A DNA stretch of 39,404 nucleotides from a virus. The notes beneath the pieces were generated by a model that was not told the origin of the DNA, ran no database searches, and saw only the letters and a list, made by a program, of their open reading frames with translations. The position numbers were made by a program, and so were the translations under genes. Below are positions 15,511-25,110 of this stretch, one piece after another. Numbering within the stretch: the first letter of the stretch is position 1; each line of letters begins with the position of its first letter. The DNA is taken from IMG/VR virus record IMGVR_UViG_3300029415_000008; one strand, given 5' to 3'.

Positions 15511-17186
15511 ACGGCCCTTGCCCTCCTCGCATTGATTTTGGCTAGTTCTTCATCCATGCCGGGGGCAAGCAAGCCGACAACCTGACCGCTGTCCATGATG
15601 ACTTTCATATTTGCCAGCATAGGCAAATACTGTTCCAGCAGCATTACAATTTTGCCGGAATCGCCGCCACCGCTTGTGCTTGCCGCTCCGTAAGAACCAC
15701 TTGTATAGTGCCTGCTGATGTTCGCATCTGCGGTAATTGTGCCAGCGTCAAAGTCCATGCTGTTTTCAATGTCCTTTTTTACGGACTTGAATTGATCGTC
15801 AAAGCCTTCGCCTAAGCCTTCAGCCATAAAGCCGCCAATACCGGCGAACACTTTAGACGGGGAGTGGATGCCCAAGAAATCCTTAACTCCACCTACAATT
15901 CCACCGAAAAAGTCTTTTACTTTTCCAGAAACCCACGAACCCATGCTTTTGATGCCGTTCCAAAGTCCTTCGACTATGTTCTTGCCGACATCGAAAATTG
16001 CAGGGATGCCGCTGATAATCCCCTTCACGATAGACGAAATAATCTGGGGAATTTTCGATACCAAATTCGGTATGGCACGAATCAGTCCATTAGCAAGTGC
16101 AGCAATCAGCCTGATTCCACCATCTATCAGCTTCGGCAAGTTGTCAATCAGCTTATCGACTATGACATCAACCATTTCCAGAACACAGTCAATCAGCATA
16201 TCGATGTTGTCAAGGATGCCGCTTACAAGCGCAATGATTAAATCCATGCCAGCAGCAACAATGCTCGGCAGGTTTTCAAGCAAAATCTGCACAGCCAACG
16301 GAATGATTGTCTGGGACGCTTCTGTTATGAGTTGCGTAAGCCCTTGGATGATGATATTTATACGCGGGATAATAATATTTTCACCAACGGCAACAAGACT
16401 ATCAACGAACTGCTCTGTAAGTGTCTTAAAATTGGCGTTATCGTCAGCAATGCCAACCAGCAGATTGACCCATGCGGCCTTCATGGATGAAACAGAGCCC
16501 TGGATGGTGGTGCTTGCTTCATCTGCCGTTGTTCCGTATATGCCCATTTCAACTTGAACATCATGGATTGCGCTGACAATATCCGCATAGCTTTCAATGC
16601 TGTAATTTGTGTATTTACCTTGGGCAGCGTTTAGAGCGTTTGCATCGTCAATAAGGCGCTGCATTTCTTCTTTTGTTCCACCATAGCCAAGCTTCAGGTT
16701 ATCAAGCATGGTATAGTTCTGCTTTGCAAACCCCTGATAGGCGTTCTGGATAGATGCCATATCCGTGCCCATTTTATTGGCATTATCAGACATATCCGTG
16801 ATTGCAACATTAGCCATGTCTGCCGCCGCTTCTGTATCACCGCCAAGCGATTGCAGCAAGGACGCAGAAAAACTTGTAACTGTGTCCATATATTCGTTAG
16901 CGGATAGGCCAGCAGTCTTATATGCATTTGCTGCATATTCTTGAACTTTTGCGGAGCTATCCTTGAATAGCGTATCAACACCACCGACCAGCTGTTCATA
17001 CTCAGCATAGTTGTTAAGCGCATTTTTCATAAGCACAGCAATGCCGGTAGCAGCCGCACCTACAGCTGCGGCGCCGACTTTAGCCGCAGTGGCAAGCCCA
17101 TTTTTGAATTTTCCTGATAATGTCTCTACATTTTCGCTTGCCTCGTCTTGCACAGATATTTTCACAAACAGATCAAGAAGATTCAT
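15507..17186 (-). CDS. Tape measure protein
   Basis: 559 aa, helical and Ala/Ile-rich, with a hydrophobic central segment. Lies downstream of the chaperone. Confidence 0.85.
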   Translation of the reverse strand: MNLLDLFVKISVQDEASENVETLSGKFKNGLATAAKVGAAAVGAAATGIAVLMKNALNNYAEYEQLVGGVDTLFKDSSAKVQEYAANAYKTAGLSANEYMDTVTSFSASLLQSLGGDTEAAADMANVAITDMSDNANKMGTDMASIQNAYQGFAKQNYTMLDNLKLGYGGTKEEMQRLIDDANALNAAQGKYTNYSIESYADIVSAIHDVQVEMGIYGTTADEASTTIQGSVSSMKAAWVNLLVGIADDNANFKTLTEQFVDSLVAVGENIIIPRINIIIQGLTQLITEASQTIIPLAVQILLENLPSIVAAGMDLIIALVSGILDNIDMLIDCVLEMVDVIVDKLIDNLPKLIDGGIRLIAALANGLIRAIPNLVSKIPQIISSIVKGIISGIPAIFDVGKNIVEGLWNGIKSMGSWVSGKVKDFFGGIVGGVKDFLGIHSPSKVFAGIGGFMAEGLGEGFDDQFKSVKKDIENSMDFDAGTITADANISRHYTSGSYGAASTSGGGDSGKIVMLLEQYLPMLANMKVIMDSGQVVGLLAPGMDEELAKINARRARAV

Positions 17187-17276
17187 GCGTTCACCTCGCT
17201 CTCTTTGTAAATTCTGAAAATTATTCGTGACATTCCATTGGGAGTATGGTATGCTATCGGCAAGGAGGGATTATTT

Positions 17277-17660
17277 ATGATAAGTTTTAACAAAGATTCT
17301 GCGTGGGACTTAAAGCCGATTCCCGTTTCCGATGTGCGCGACGAAGTGAATGGTTTGTTGATTGACGGGGAAGAAATCGCTGCCGCATTTAAGACCGTCC
17401 GCGACCAGCTGATTTTTACTAACAAGCGAGTCATATCGGTTGATGTACAGGGGATTACAGGAAAGCGCAAGTCCTTCAGCTCTATGCCCTATTCGAAAGT
17501 GCAGTTTTTCTCCGTGCAAACCCCAGGATTTGCCGAAATCATCCCGGATAGCGAACTTGTTCTGACATTCTCCAATGGTTATGTCGCAAAGTTTGAGTTT
17601 AAGGGAGGCACAGACATCGGGAAAATCGGAAGAATGATTTCTGATTATGTCCTCAAGTAA
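17277..17660 (+). CDS. Bacterial PH-domain (YokE/bPH-like) protein, an inverted moron
   Basis: 127 aa from the ATG at 17277 (AAGGAGGG RBS). Motifs RDQLIFTNKRVISVDVQGITGKRKSFSSMPYSKV. It is the only + strand gene inside the structural module. Confidence 0.7.
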   Translation: MISFNKDSAWDLKPIPVSDVRDEVNGLLIDGEEIAAAFKTVRDQLIFTNKRVISVDVQGITGKRKSFSSMPYSKVQFFSVQTPGFAEIIPDSELVLTFSNGYVAKFEFKGGTDIGKIGRMISDYVLK

Positions 17661-17673
17661 CGCATATTCGCCC

Positions 17674-17700
17674 GCCGCCCCTTCACGGGGCGGCTTTTTT
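17674..17700 (+). terminator. Rho-independent terminator of the PH-domain gene
   Basis: GCCGCCCC ttcac GGGGCGGC followed by TTTTTT. Confidence 0.8.
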
Positions 17701-17990
17701 AACTTGTAACCCGCACCGATTGACAATATCGCTGGTGATTTCTTCACAGGAGCGGTTGTCTTTTTTGCTCACATCTATAATTTCAATATATCGCTTATCG
17801 ATTGACACGCCCGCGCATCGCTCGCATATTACTTTAAGCAGGTCAGCAGCATAAATTCGATATGCTTTTTCTTCTGCATCCTGCTTATACCGCGCTACAC
17901 AGTATGACAGAAATGGCTTTACTCTTTGGCTTCCCCGATATTCTCCTGCACAGAGCCGGACGGCGTTTCTGCCGTCTCGGTCTGCGCAGA
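17683..17990 (-). other. Open -1 frame extension of the tail assembly chaperone (gpT-like part; ...KPFLSYCVARYKQDAEEKAYRIYAADLLKV...)
   Basis: The -1 frame has no stop from at least 17990 to the TGA at 17683-17685. Confidence 0.45.
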
Positions 17991-18323
17991 TGTAAAAAGG
18001 TCTGTAAAGGCCTCGTCCGTCATAAGCTCAGTAACATCAACCAACAACTTGGCAAGCGTCAGCCCGGCGGCATATTTTTTTGCAGGCACGCCTTCCACAG
18101 CCGCCAAAATTGCGATCAGATCTTTCTTGTGCCCACGCAAAAGCAGCGGAGCAGATTTCTTAACCCTTGCCAATACAAAGTCCTTTGCATTTACGCCATC
18201 CGGGAGCTTCTGACGCTGAAACAACGCTGCGGCTACTTTGTCCTCGGCTATGTTGGCAATAGGATCGATGATGTCTGCGATAACATCAAACACTCGCTCC
18301 CCCTTAATTTTTGACAGTTTCAT
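17919..18323 (-). CDS. Tail assembly chaperone (gpG-like)
   Basis: 134 aa from the ATG at 18323 (GGAGG RBS). Acidic C-terminus. Lies between the major tail protein and the TMP. Confidence 0.7.
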   Translation of the reverse strand: MKLSKIKGERVFDVIADIIDPIANIAEDKVAAALFQRQKLPDGVNAKDFVLARVKKSAPLLLRGHKKDLIAILAAVEGVPAKKYAAGLTLAKLLVDVTELMTDEAFTDLFTSAQTETAETPSGSVQENIGEAKE

Positions 18324-18327
18324 GGTG

Positions 18328-18912
18328 TTACGCCTCCGCCGTACCGGCCTTGATGTAGATCTCAAATGGCACAGTGTCCTGTGCGCTCATGGAGTAGTGG
18401 GCCGTATACTCAAACGCGAACTGCCCCTTCGCCTTGTCGCTGGTCTTCAGCTGGAAGCCGCCGGTAGACAGTGCGTTCATCAGGTGGATGGCGATGAAGC
18501 CGCCATTTTTATCTCCGTTCTTGTCGGAGTAGTCGCCCACCAGCCAGATGTCGGCAAAGTCAGCGTCCGACAGATCGTTCCGAGGCGTGACCTTCCCATC
18601 GCTGGTACCCACATCGGCAGCACCGCAAAGGCTCTTTGCAATCTTGGTGTCTGCGTTAATGAACGTACCCGCAATCTTCGCCTCCCAGGAATCCACCCGT
18701 TTCAGTTCCTTCATGTTCTTGGGGCAGTTGTCGATGTCCTCTCCATAGTCCTTATAGGTGGGCGTTGCGGTAAAGCTAATGCCGCCGGTCGTCGCGCCAA
18801 TCTGCCCCGATTCCCCGATGGTGCCGGTGGCCGGGGTAAAATCGGTAGTCAGAATACCGGCGTTTATCTGGAGCTTCTGAAATGCATCAGAGGGAATTTT
18901 TGTGAATTTCAT
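18328..18912 (-). CDS. Major tail protein
   Basis: 194 aa. Call is based on position and composition. Confidence 0.8.
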   Translation of the reverse strand: MKFTKIPSDAFQKLQINAGILTTDFTPATGTIGESGQIGATTGGISFTATPTYKDYGEDIDNCPKNMKELKRVDSWEAKIAGTFINADTKIAKSLCGAADVGTSDGKVTPRNDLSDADFADIWLVGDYSDKNGDKNGGFIAIHLMNALSTGGFQLKTSDKAKGQFAFEYTAHYSMSAQDTVPFEIYIKAGTAEA

Positions 18913-18927
18913 ATTTTCTTCCTTTCA

Positions 18928-19296
18928 TCAGTTTTGCGATAGGTATTCCACCGTGATGTTGAGATACCTTCGCTTGATGTTTTTATCGCTTTCGTCCGCG
19001 ATGTTCTGACACCACGGGGAGCCACGCTTGATCCACATTGCTCCGCCGTCATAGGCAACCATACAGCCGCCCATGCCGATTGCGTTGCTGATTTCTTGTG
19101 CCTTTGCGTTGGGCATCGCTTCGCTCTCGGTGTAATACCAGAGGTTTACCGTCAGCGCGGTCTCGCCGCTCTCCCATGATCCTGTGATAAGCTCATAGGT
19201 CAGCCACGGAAAGGTCGCGTCTTCCGGCATATTCGAAATCGGATACGACGGGAGGAATTGGGAAAACCACGCATGGAGTGCCTTGTCCTTTGTCAT
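18928..19296 (-). CDS. Tail terminator / tail completion protein
   Basis: 122 aa. Call is based on position. Confidence 0.55.
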   Translation of the reverse strand: MTKDKALHAWFSQFLPSYPISNMPEDATFPWLTYELITGSWESGETALTVNLWYYTESEAMPNAKAQEISNAIGMGGCMVAYDGGAMWIKRGSPWCQNIADESDKNIKRRYLNITVEYLSQN

Positions 19297-19652
19297 TTCG
19301 GCAGCTCCTTTCGTTCGGCGGTGAAGAATTTCAGTGCTCGGACGGTCGCCCCCGCGGACCTTGGCGCAGCTTTTTCCTCGGGATTCGATGTCACACGATA
19401 GGTAATCCCCGTTTCCGTGTCGCGGAAATAGTCATTGTACTCAATCGGCACGCTCTGATTGACCAGCGCGGAATACACCGAGGTAACGCCGTCCTTTTCC
19501 GCTTTTCTCGCCTCCATAGAGGTATCAAGTGACTGGTAGTTGAGAAACTCCGCGCCCTCTTCCCACGCAGTGATGTAGCCGCCCGCTCCGTCAGGCGTGC
19601 GCTTTTTCTCCATCAAAATGCACTTGTGGGCAAAATCGTCCAGTAAACTCAC
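19293..19652 (-). CDS. Head closure / head-tail adaptor protein
   Basis: 119 aa. Call is based on position. Confidence 0.55.
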   Translation of the reverse strand: MSLLDDFAHKCILMEKKRTPDGAGGYITAWEEGAEFLNYQSLDTSMEARKAEKDGVTSVYSALVNQSVPIEYNDYFRDTETGITYRVTSNPEEKAAPRSAGATVRALKFFTAERKELPK

Positions 19653-20083
19653 GGTTCCACCCCCTTGAGCTTGCGCCAGTCATTTAACCGGCCTTTAAAA
19701 GCGCCCTGCCAGCCCGTCCCGGCGCTCGTGTCGGCATTTCCGCCGCTTGCCTTTGTGTAACTGTACCCGCCGAAGCTTTCGCTCGTGTACGGGCTTAAAA
19801 CGGCTTCACCGTTCTTTTCTTCCCACGCGGCGATATCTTCGGCAAGCAAAACCACAGCCTTCGGAACAGCCAACACCCACACCGTTCCGGTAAAGGTTTC
19901 ATCCGTAAGGTCAGCCGCCGGATATTGATGCAGACCGTCATTAAACACAGAGCCGCAGATGCGGAAATATTGATTGGTCAGGAGAAAGGGCAGCGCAATG
20001 CTGCCTTTCTCCACGGCGAACGTGCCCTCGTGAATCTCCACAAGGAACCAGTTGTTCAAGTGCCGTAAGACTTGTTCAAGCAT
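19649..20083 (-). CDS. Head-tail connector protein (gp6-like)
   Basis: 144 aa, directly downstream of the capsid gene. Confidence 0.55.
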   Translation of the reverse strand: MLEQVLRHLNNWFLVEIHEGTFAVEKGSIALPFLLTNQYFRICGSVFNDGLHQYPAADLTDETFTGTVWVLAVPKAVVLLAEDIAAWEEKNGEAVLSPYTSESFGGYSYTKASGGNADTSAGTGWQGAFKGRLNDWRKLKGVEP

Positions 20084-20099
20084 TACGCTGCCCCCCTAT

Positions 20100-21002
20100 T
20101 TAGCCCGCGCCGGCCACAGAAACGGTAGCCACGGCAATGCCGTCCAGATACTCAGCCCACAGCTTCATGCCCATGATGGCGTACATATCGCCCGTGGCGC
20201 GGCTGTAATCGCCGTCAACATGGACGCCGATCAGGTTGGTCTCGCCCTTCACGGTGTAATTCAGCCCCAGCTTGGCAAAGTCGCTGTCGCTCGGGTCTAC
20301 ATAGTACAGGTCGATGTTCTCCACGGGCAGAGCAATCACCTTCTTGGAGGCGATGTACTTCTCGGGCAGCAGGAACAGGGTGCGGTAGCCCATGAAGTTC
20401 TCCACGTAGTTGATGCCGAACATCGTCTGCACGGTGATTTCCTTGTCGCCCAGGTAATCGTAAGCGTCGATGATGTTGGCAAAGCCCACCACCTCGGTTA
20501 CGTCCTTATCCAGACCGGCAAACTTGTCCAGCACCTTGCCCTTAGCCATAGCCAGAGCACGCTGCCACGTTTTCTCGGTCACCTTCAAAGTGCCGGTACC
20601 GAGGAAGGTGTAGAAGTCGGTCAGGACCTTGTTCTGCAGGGCCACGAGGAAAGCCTCGTCGGTCTTCTCCACGGCAACGTCAGCGCCGTACTTTGCCACG
20701 CTCTCGATGGTCACGCTCTTGGCATACTTGGAAATGTCGATGTCGTCATAGGCAACAGGCGCCACCTTCATCTTGGTAAATGGAATCTCGTCACCCTCTG
20801 CCACGGTGCCGCCCTTGAGACCGCCGTCCACGCTGGCCTTGTAGGAAACCAGCTTCGTGCCGGGGGCCTTGCGAATGGGACGCATGATGCCCATGATGTT
20901 GCGCAGCGCGTCCCAGTTGTCAGCAAAGCGGGACACAAAATCCACCTCGCGTGCGGAAGTAGTAAACTGCGCGGAAGTTGTTACATTAGTTTTCGCAGCC
21001 AT
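20100..21002 (-). CDS. Major capsid protein
   Basis: 300 aa, AAGGAG RBS, follows the scaffold gene. Confidence 0.85.
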   Translation of the reverse strand: MAAKTNVTTSAQFTTSAREVDFVSRFADNWDALRNIMGIMRPIRKAPGTKLVSYKASVDGGLKGGTVAEGDEIPFTKMKVAPVAYDDIDISKYAKSVTIESVAKYGADVAVEKTDEAFLVALQNKVLTDFYTFLGTGTLKVTEKTWQRALAMAKGKVLDKFAGLDKDVTEVVGFANIIDAYDYLGDKEITVQTMFGINYVENFMGYRTLFLLPEKYIASKKVIALPVENIDLYYVDPSDSDFAKLGLNYTVKGETNLIGVHVDGDYSRATGDMYAIMGMKLWAEYLDGIAVATVSVAGAG

Positions 21003-21022
21003 AAATAGCTCCTTTCAAAAAA

Positions 21023-21634
21023 TCAGTTGTTTTCGCTTGCCATCAGATCGGCAAGCGCTTTCTGGCGCTCCGCCGTAGACATCACATAGCGGCCTTTATC
21101 GTCCTTCTTGTAGATGTCCTCTCGGGATTTTGCGCCGCCGGTGTTTGCCGGGGGGTTGGCGGGATTCGCCCCGTGCGTCTGCGTGGTGGAGACAAGCCCC
21201 TTGTAGGTGCCGTCTACGAGTGCATCAAGGCTCTTGGTGTCCTTGATCTTCTCGCCGTCCATCTCCAATGCGGCCATTTCTTCGCCACAGCCGCGCATCG
21301 CAAGGTCCAAATTCGCGCCGGTGATGTTTTTGCTCTCAAAGTAAGCACGCACGGCCTTTTCCTTTGCCGCCTTGCTTTCCTTTGCCGTGATGTCGGTCTT
21401 AAAGGCTTCAAAGGCCGAGTGTTCCTTCTCGTACTTCTCCTTGTAACCGCCGTCACCCGCTACCTTGAGGTCGTCCAACTGCTTCTGAACGCCGGGCAGT
21501 TTCTCCGCATCGGCCTTGTAGCGGGTCACATCCGCCTTTAGGCCGTCCACGGTGTCGGTATGCGCCTCGATGATGGTATCAACCTGCTCATCGGTAAGCC
21601 CCATACCCTTCAAAAGTTTTCGTGTAAGTGCCAT
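21023..21634 (-). CDS. Scaffolding protein
   Basis: 203 aa, highly charged and helical (LTDEQVDTIIEAHTDTVDGLKADV). Confidence 0.8.
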   Translation of the reverse strand: MALTRKLLKGMGLTDEQVDTIIEAHTDTVDGLKADVTRYKADAEKLPGVQKQLDDLKVAGDGGYKEKYEKEHSAFEAFKTDITAKESKAAKEKAVRAYFESKNITGANLDLAMRGCGEEMAALEMDGEKIKDTKSLDALVDGTYKGLVSTTQTHGANPANPPANTGGAKSREDIYKKDDKGRYVMSTAERQKALADLMASENN

Positions 21635-21680
21635 GACACTATCTCCTTTTCTTCGGTTCCGTTCCTTCGGAAACGATAGT

Positions 21681-21707
21681 TTTATAAAAACCGCTGTCCT
21701 TTGCGGT
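21681..21707 (-). terminator. Rho-independent terminator (ACCGC ... GCGGT, then TTTTTAT on the minus strand)
   Basis: Short stem followed by a T tract, after the gp10-like gene. Confidence 0.4.
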
Positions 21708-21754
21708 AATTAACAAAAAGAGCCAACTGCATACAATTTGTAAGCAATTAGCTC

Positions 21755-22153
21755 CTATTTCAGTTCGTCCTCCAATATCTTCCGGTATTGGATGGCATGG
21801 TCGGCGGCAGCAGGTTTCAAAAACGGCTGTGCCTTGTTGCCACGCGTGTAATGCCAATTTCCCTTTGCGTCCTGATACACCCACGGTGTAGGCCGTCCGC
21901 CGCCACCTTCGGCGTAAATGCCGGTTCCTAATTCCACATACGCACCGTACTCAGAATCTGTTCCGATGATTGCCGCCGGTTCCTGCTCGTCTACCACATG
22001 AGTAATGCTGTTGCGCAGATTTCCGGTATCCACGGGGCACAGCTTTTTCGCATATCCCTCTGCCACCAGCCCGCATTTTTCAAGCCCGCGCAGCAGCGCC
22101 GCTTTGATGGCAGCAGAGACTTCTTTGCTGTTGTCGGTGATTTCAACGCTCAT
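21755..22153 (-). CDS. HK97 gp10-family phage protein
   Basis: 132 aa from the ATG at 22153. Motifs VDTGNLRNSI and YGAYVELGT. Confidence 0.65.
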   Translation of the reverse strand: MSVEITDNSKEVSAAIKAALLRGLEKCGLVAEGYAKKLCPVDTGNLRNSITHVVDEQEPAAIIGTDSEYGAYVELGTGIYAEGGGGRPTPWVYQDAKGNWHYTRGNKAQPFLKPAAADHAIQYRKILEDELK

Positions 22154-22263
22154 CACAAAATACCTCTTGACTTTTTTACGGGGATTGCATATACTACCAA
22201 TGAGGAAACTCATGTTTCCGTTTTATCGAGGTAATCCTCCGCCCGTTCTGGTGGGGGGTTGCC

Positions 22264-23733
22264 TCATTTTTTATATCGCCGCACAAAGAGGACAGACCCG
22301 TTATGCAGCGCAATTATATCTGCATTAAACGATTTGCTTCTTGTTGCTCTCGCATCCAATACATCAATTAGTTTTTGCTTATCAATCCCATCGGCAACAT
22401 CCAAAATCACCCCGCCTTGGTTCCCGTGTATCTGCTTTATCGCCTTGCGCAGAGCGCTATCTGCGGCTTTTTCTGTGGAAATCGACTTTATTTCCCATTG
22501 CTTCCCTTTCCACAGCATGTCTGGCATTTTCATACCTGGCGTCTGCGATTCTTTCAATAGCACAATTTTCCCACCGAACAGCTCTCTAATTTGATTTGCA
22601 ACATTTATTTCTTCTTTGTGGTTTTTGGAGCGGTACCCGTTCTCGTATCGAACCTTACCCATGCGGGGCTTGGCGGAATCTATGTATTTCTTCGTAACAT
22701 CCTTTGCAGATTTTTCGCTCCCCATGTGATATGGGGATAACTGTTTGCCGCTGTATCCCTGCTTCGATGCTTCCCACTGCGCATATGTCATGTCAGATAT
22801 AAGCCCGTCGCGTGTCCTACGCAGCCCGTCTGATGTATCTGCCCCATCCACGGCGGCAATCAGCGTACAGCGGCAGTTATATATCTCCCACGGTGGTCCT
22901 TGTGGGTCGCCGGGAAAACGACAACCGTTAGAAAACTTCTTGTCCTGCGCCACTTGTTCGCCGTCAAGCATGGCATGAGAGTGGCGTGTACGCGCGTCCA
23001 GCGTAGCCAACCATTCTTTTTTGAGCTTTATCCCCATCTTCTCCGCCGCTGCGTAGCTGTCCATGCGTCCGGCATTCTGTGCGCCGGTCACGGCTGTACG
23101 AGCGGTGCGGATGGCGGAATCGCGGCTCATGGTGGTAATGCGCTTTTGCAGATCATCCGCCATGTGCTTGATGCTCTTTCCCTGCAAGATGGAGCTGGTG
23201 ACGCTTGCCGTGATTTGCTTCTTGCCATACGCGAGGTCGATGCCGCGTTTCAGTGCCCTGTCCTTTGGGTAGTACGGCATTAAGTCCGGCTGCTCTACCA
23301 TAAGCCGCTTTACCGTCTGCTCGTCCCACAGGTCAAAGCCGATATTCCCGGTGACACGTTCAATGGTGTAAGCCGCATAATTGCGGTTCAGGCTGTAAAT
23401 GCCCGGCGTCGCATCGTTGGTATAGGACACCGCCACAGCGTTTGCATCGGTCGCCCTCTGCGCAACCTTGTCGCGCATGGCCTGATAGCGTTCCCCGCGC
23501 CCGATCTGGTTGAGCCGCCATTGCTTATAGTCGGCCTCCGTCCATTCCTTGCCGTTCTGCACGGTGCCGATCAGAGCCTTCATTTCCTCGTCGCGCTTTT
23601 TGAATTGCTCAAAATATGCGTCGATGGTAGCTTGCAGTTCTTTCCCCGCCTCGCGGTATAGCGTTGCAATACGCCGCTCCAGCTTCGCAAGCTCCTTATC
23701 GGTCAGCTTGTGTCCGAGGTCACTGCTCGCCAT
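22264..23733 (-). CDS. MuF / SPP1 gp7-family minor head protein fused to a C-terminal PD-(D/E)xK nuclease-like domain
   Basis: 489 aa. The MuF core ends near IYNCRCTLIA (about aa 295). The C-terminal 150 aa carries E...PD...EIK (MPDMLWKGKQWEIKS) and is AT-richer. Confidence 0.8.
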   Translation of the reverse strand: MASSDLGHKLTDKELAKLERRIATLYREAGKELQATIDAYFEQFKKRDEEMKALIGTVQNGKEWTEADYKQWRLNQIGRGERYQAMRDKVAQRATDANAVAVSYTNDATPGIYSLNRNYAAYTIERVTGNIGFDLWDEQTVKRLMVEQPDLMPYYPKDRALKRGIDLAYGKKQITASVTSSILQGKSIKHMADDLQKRITTMSRDSAIRTARTAVTGAQNAGRMDSYAAAEKMGIKLKKEWLATLDARTRHSHAMLDGEQVAQDKKFSNGCRFPGDPQGPPWEIYNCRCTLIAAVDGADTSDGLRRTRDGLISDMTYAQWEASKQGYSGKQLSPYHMGSEKSAKDVTKKYIDSAKPRMGKVRYENGYRSKNHKEEINVANQIRELFGGKIVLLKESQTPGMKMPDMLWKGKQWEIKSISTEKAADSALRKAIKQIHGNQGGVILDVADGIDKQKLIDVLDARATRSKSFNADIIALHNGSVLFVRRYKK

Positions 23734-25075
23734 CGCCGTTCACCTCCGGCGCATCCGGTTCCGCAAAGCTCCGGTCAATCTCTTCTGCCGCCTTCCGCTT
23801 TGCCATATCCTCGTACTGGTCAATGTCGCCGTTGATGGTCAGCAGCTTCTTTGTAATGTATTCGTCATCGTAATACGCCGCACCCAGAAGAATGTTCTGC
23901 GTTTCCTCGCTCTTGTTGATGATCTGATTGCGCGTGTAGCTCGGCTGGTCCTCAATGCCTGCCAGACGCAGAATCTCAGCAATAAACCGCGTGACCTCGG
24001 ATTCAAACTTATCCGTTTTCAAATCCAGAGGCACATAGCTGGCCTTGATCGCGGTCGCCGTCTGGTTGCCGGCAGATACCGCCGCCGCGTCAAAGCACTG
24101 GAAATCCTCGTATAGCTTTTTCTTGAGCATATCAATGGTGCTGCTCGTGCCCTCATACGGGGCCTCGATGGTCTTGCTCTCCACCTTTGCGCCATCATCG
24201 CCGTTGGCGTGGGCAACGTGCGTGGTTTTCAAGCGCTCCACAAACTTTGCATCGTCGAGGTCGTCCATGCCGTTGCAGTTAGACAGCACCCAATAAATCA
24301 GGTTGCCCTCATCCACATTGTTAACCATGTTCGAGGACGCCAGATCCAGCGCGTCGATGGTGTTGCGCTTGCCGACAATCTCGGATAAACGCCGCTTGTT
24401 GTTTTTCAGCGGCACGATGGGAAAACTCGGATAATTCCCACCGTCATAGATTTCGGTTTCGCCGACCTCCGCCTTGCGCTCGATTAGCTTATAGCTGCGC
24501 TTTGGCTGCATGACGGCCATATCCTCGCCGCTGGGCTGGAAATACTCGGTAAATCCGTCGATCTCATACAGCGTCGCTCTCAACGGCTTATCCTGTGCCA
24601 CCTGCCAGAACCGGATACCGGCTTTCATTGCACCGTCCTCTTCATCATAGAGGGGGACGAACTCAAGCAGAGAGAACACCCGCAAATGCGTCAAATCCCA
24701 GAAGCCGAAGGACACGCCTGCGATTTTCGCTTCACGCGCTGCATCCATGACTTCCTGGTCGAAGTCCGGGCATAGCTTGTTCGGCGTTTCCTTCTCCGCA
24801 AAGGTTACGCCGTTACCCAGAAGATAGGAAACTTCCTGATCCACCGCCAGGCCGAAGAAGCGGCTGGCTAGCTTATGGTTTGCCGTCCACATATCCGTGT
24901 GGGCACGGCCCTGCATATCGTAGATGATCTTTTCATAGCGATTAATGGTCGGATTCAGGCCGTTGTAATATTCCTCAGCATCCGCCGCCGTCTTATATGC
25001 GTGGGATTCACGATGCGCGTTGATCGCGCTGCGGATAAACTCAATGCGCGCCTGCTCGTTGTCACCGACTGCCAC
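23720..25075 (-). CDS. Portal protein (SPP1 gp6-like)
   Basis: 451 aa, apparent GTG start, lies between TerL and MuF. Confidence 0.85.
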   Translation of the reverse strand: MAVGDNEQARIEFIRSAINAHRESHAYKTAADAEEYYNGLNPTINRYEKIIYDMQGRAHTDMWTANHKLASRFFGLAVDQEVSYLLGNGVTFAEKETPNKLCPDFDQEVMDAAREAKIAGVSFGFWDLTHLRVFSLLEFVPLYDEEDGAMKAGIRFWQVAQDKPLRATLYEIDGFTEYFQPSGEDMAVMQPKRSYKLIERKAEVGETEIYDGGNYPSFPIVPLKNNKRRLSEIVGKRNTIDALDLASSNMVNNVDEGNLIYWVLSNCNGMDDLDDAKFVERLKTTHVAHANGDDGAKVESKTIEAPYEGTSSTIDMLKKKLYEDFQCFDAAAVSAGNQTATAIKASYVPLDLKTDKFESEVTRFIAEILRLAGIEDQPSYTRNQIINKSEETQNILLGAAYYDDEYITKKLLTINGDIDQYEDMAKRKAAEEIDRSFAEPDAPEVNGDGEQ

Positions 25076-25110
25076 GAGGTCGTTATATGTTTTGATAGCT
25101 GCTCACCGTC

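Noticed and set aside
17310-17747. 145-aa minus-strand ORF
   Set aside because: It is antisense to the well-supported PH-domain gene and runs through that gene's terminator. It lacks an RBS.
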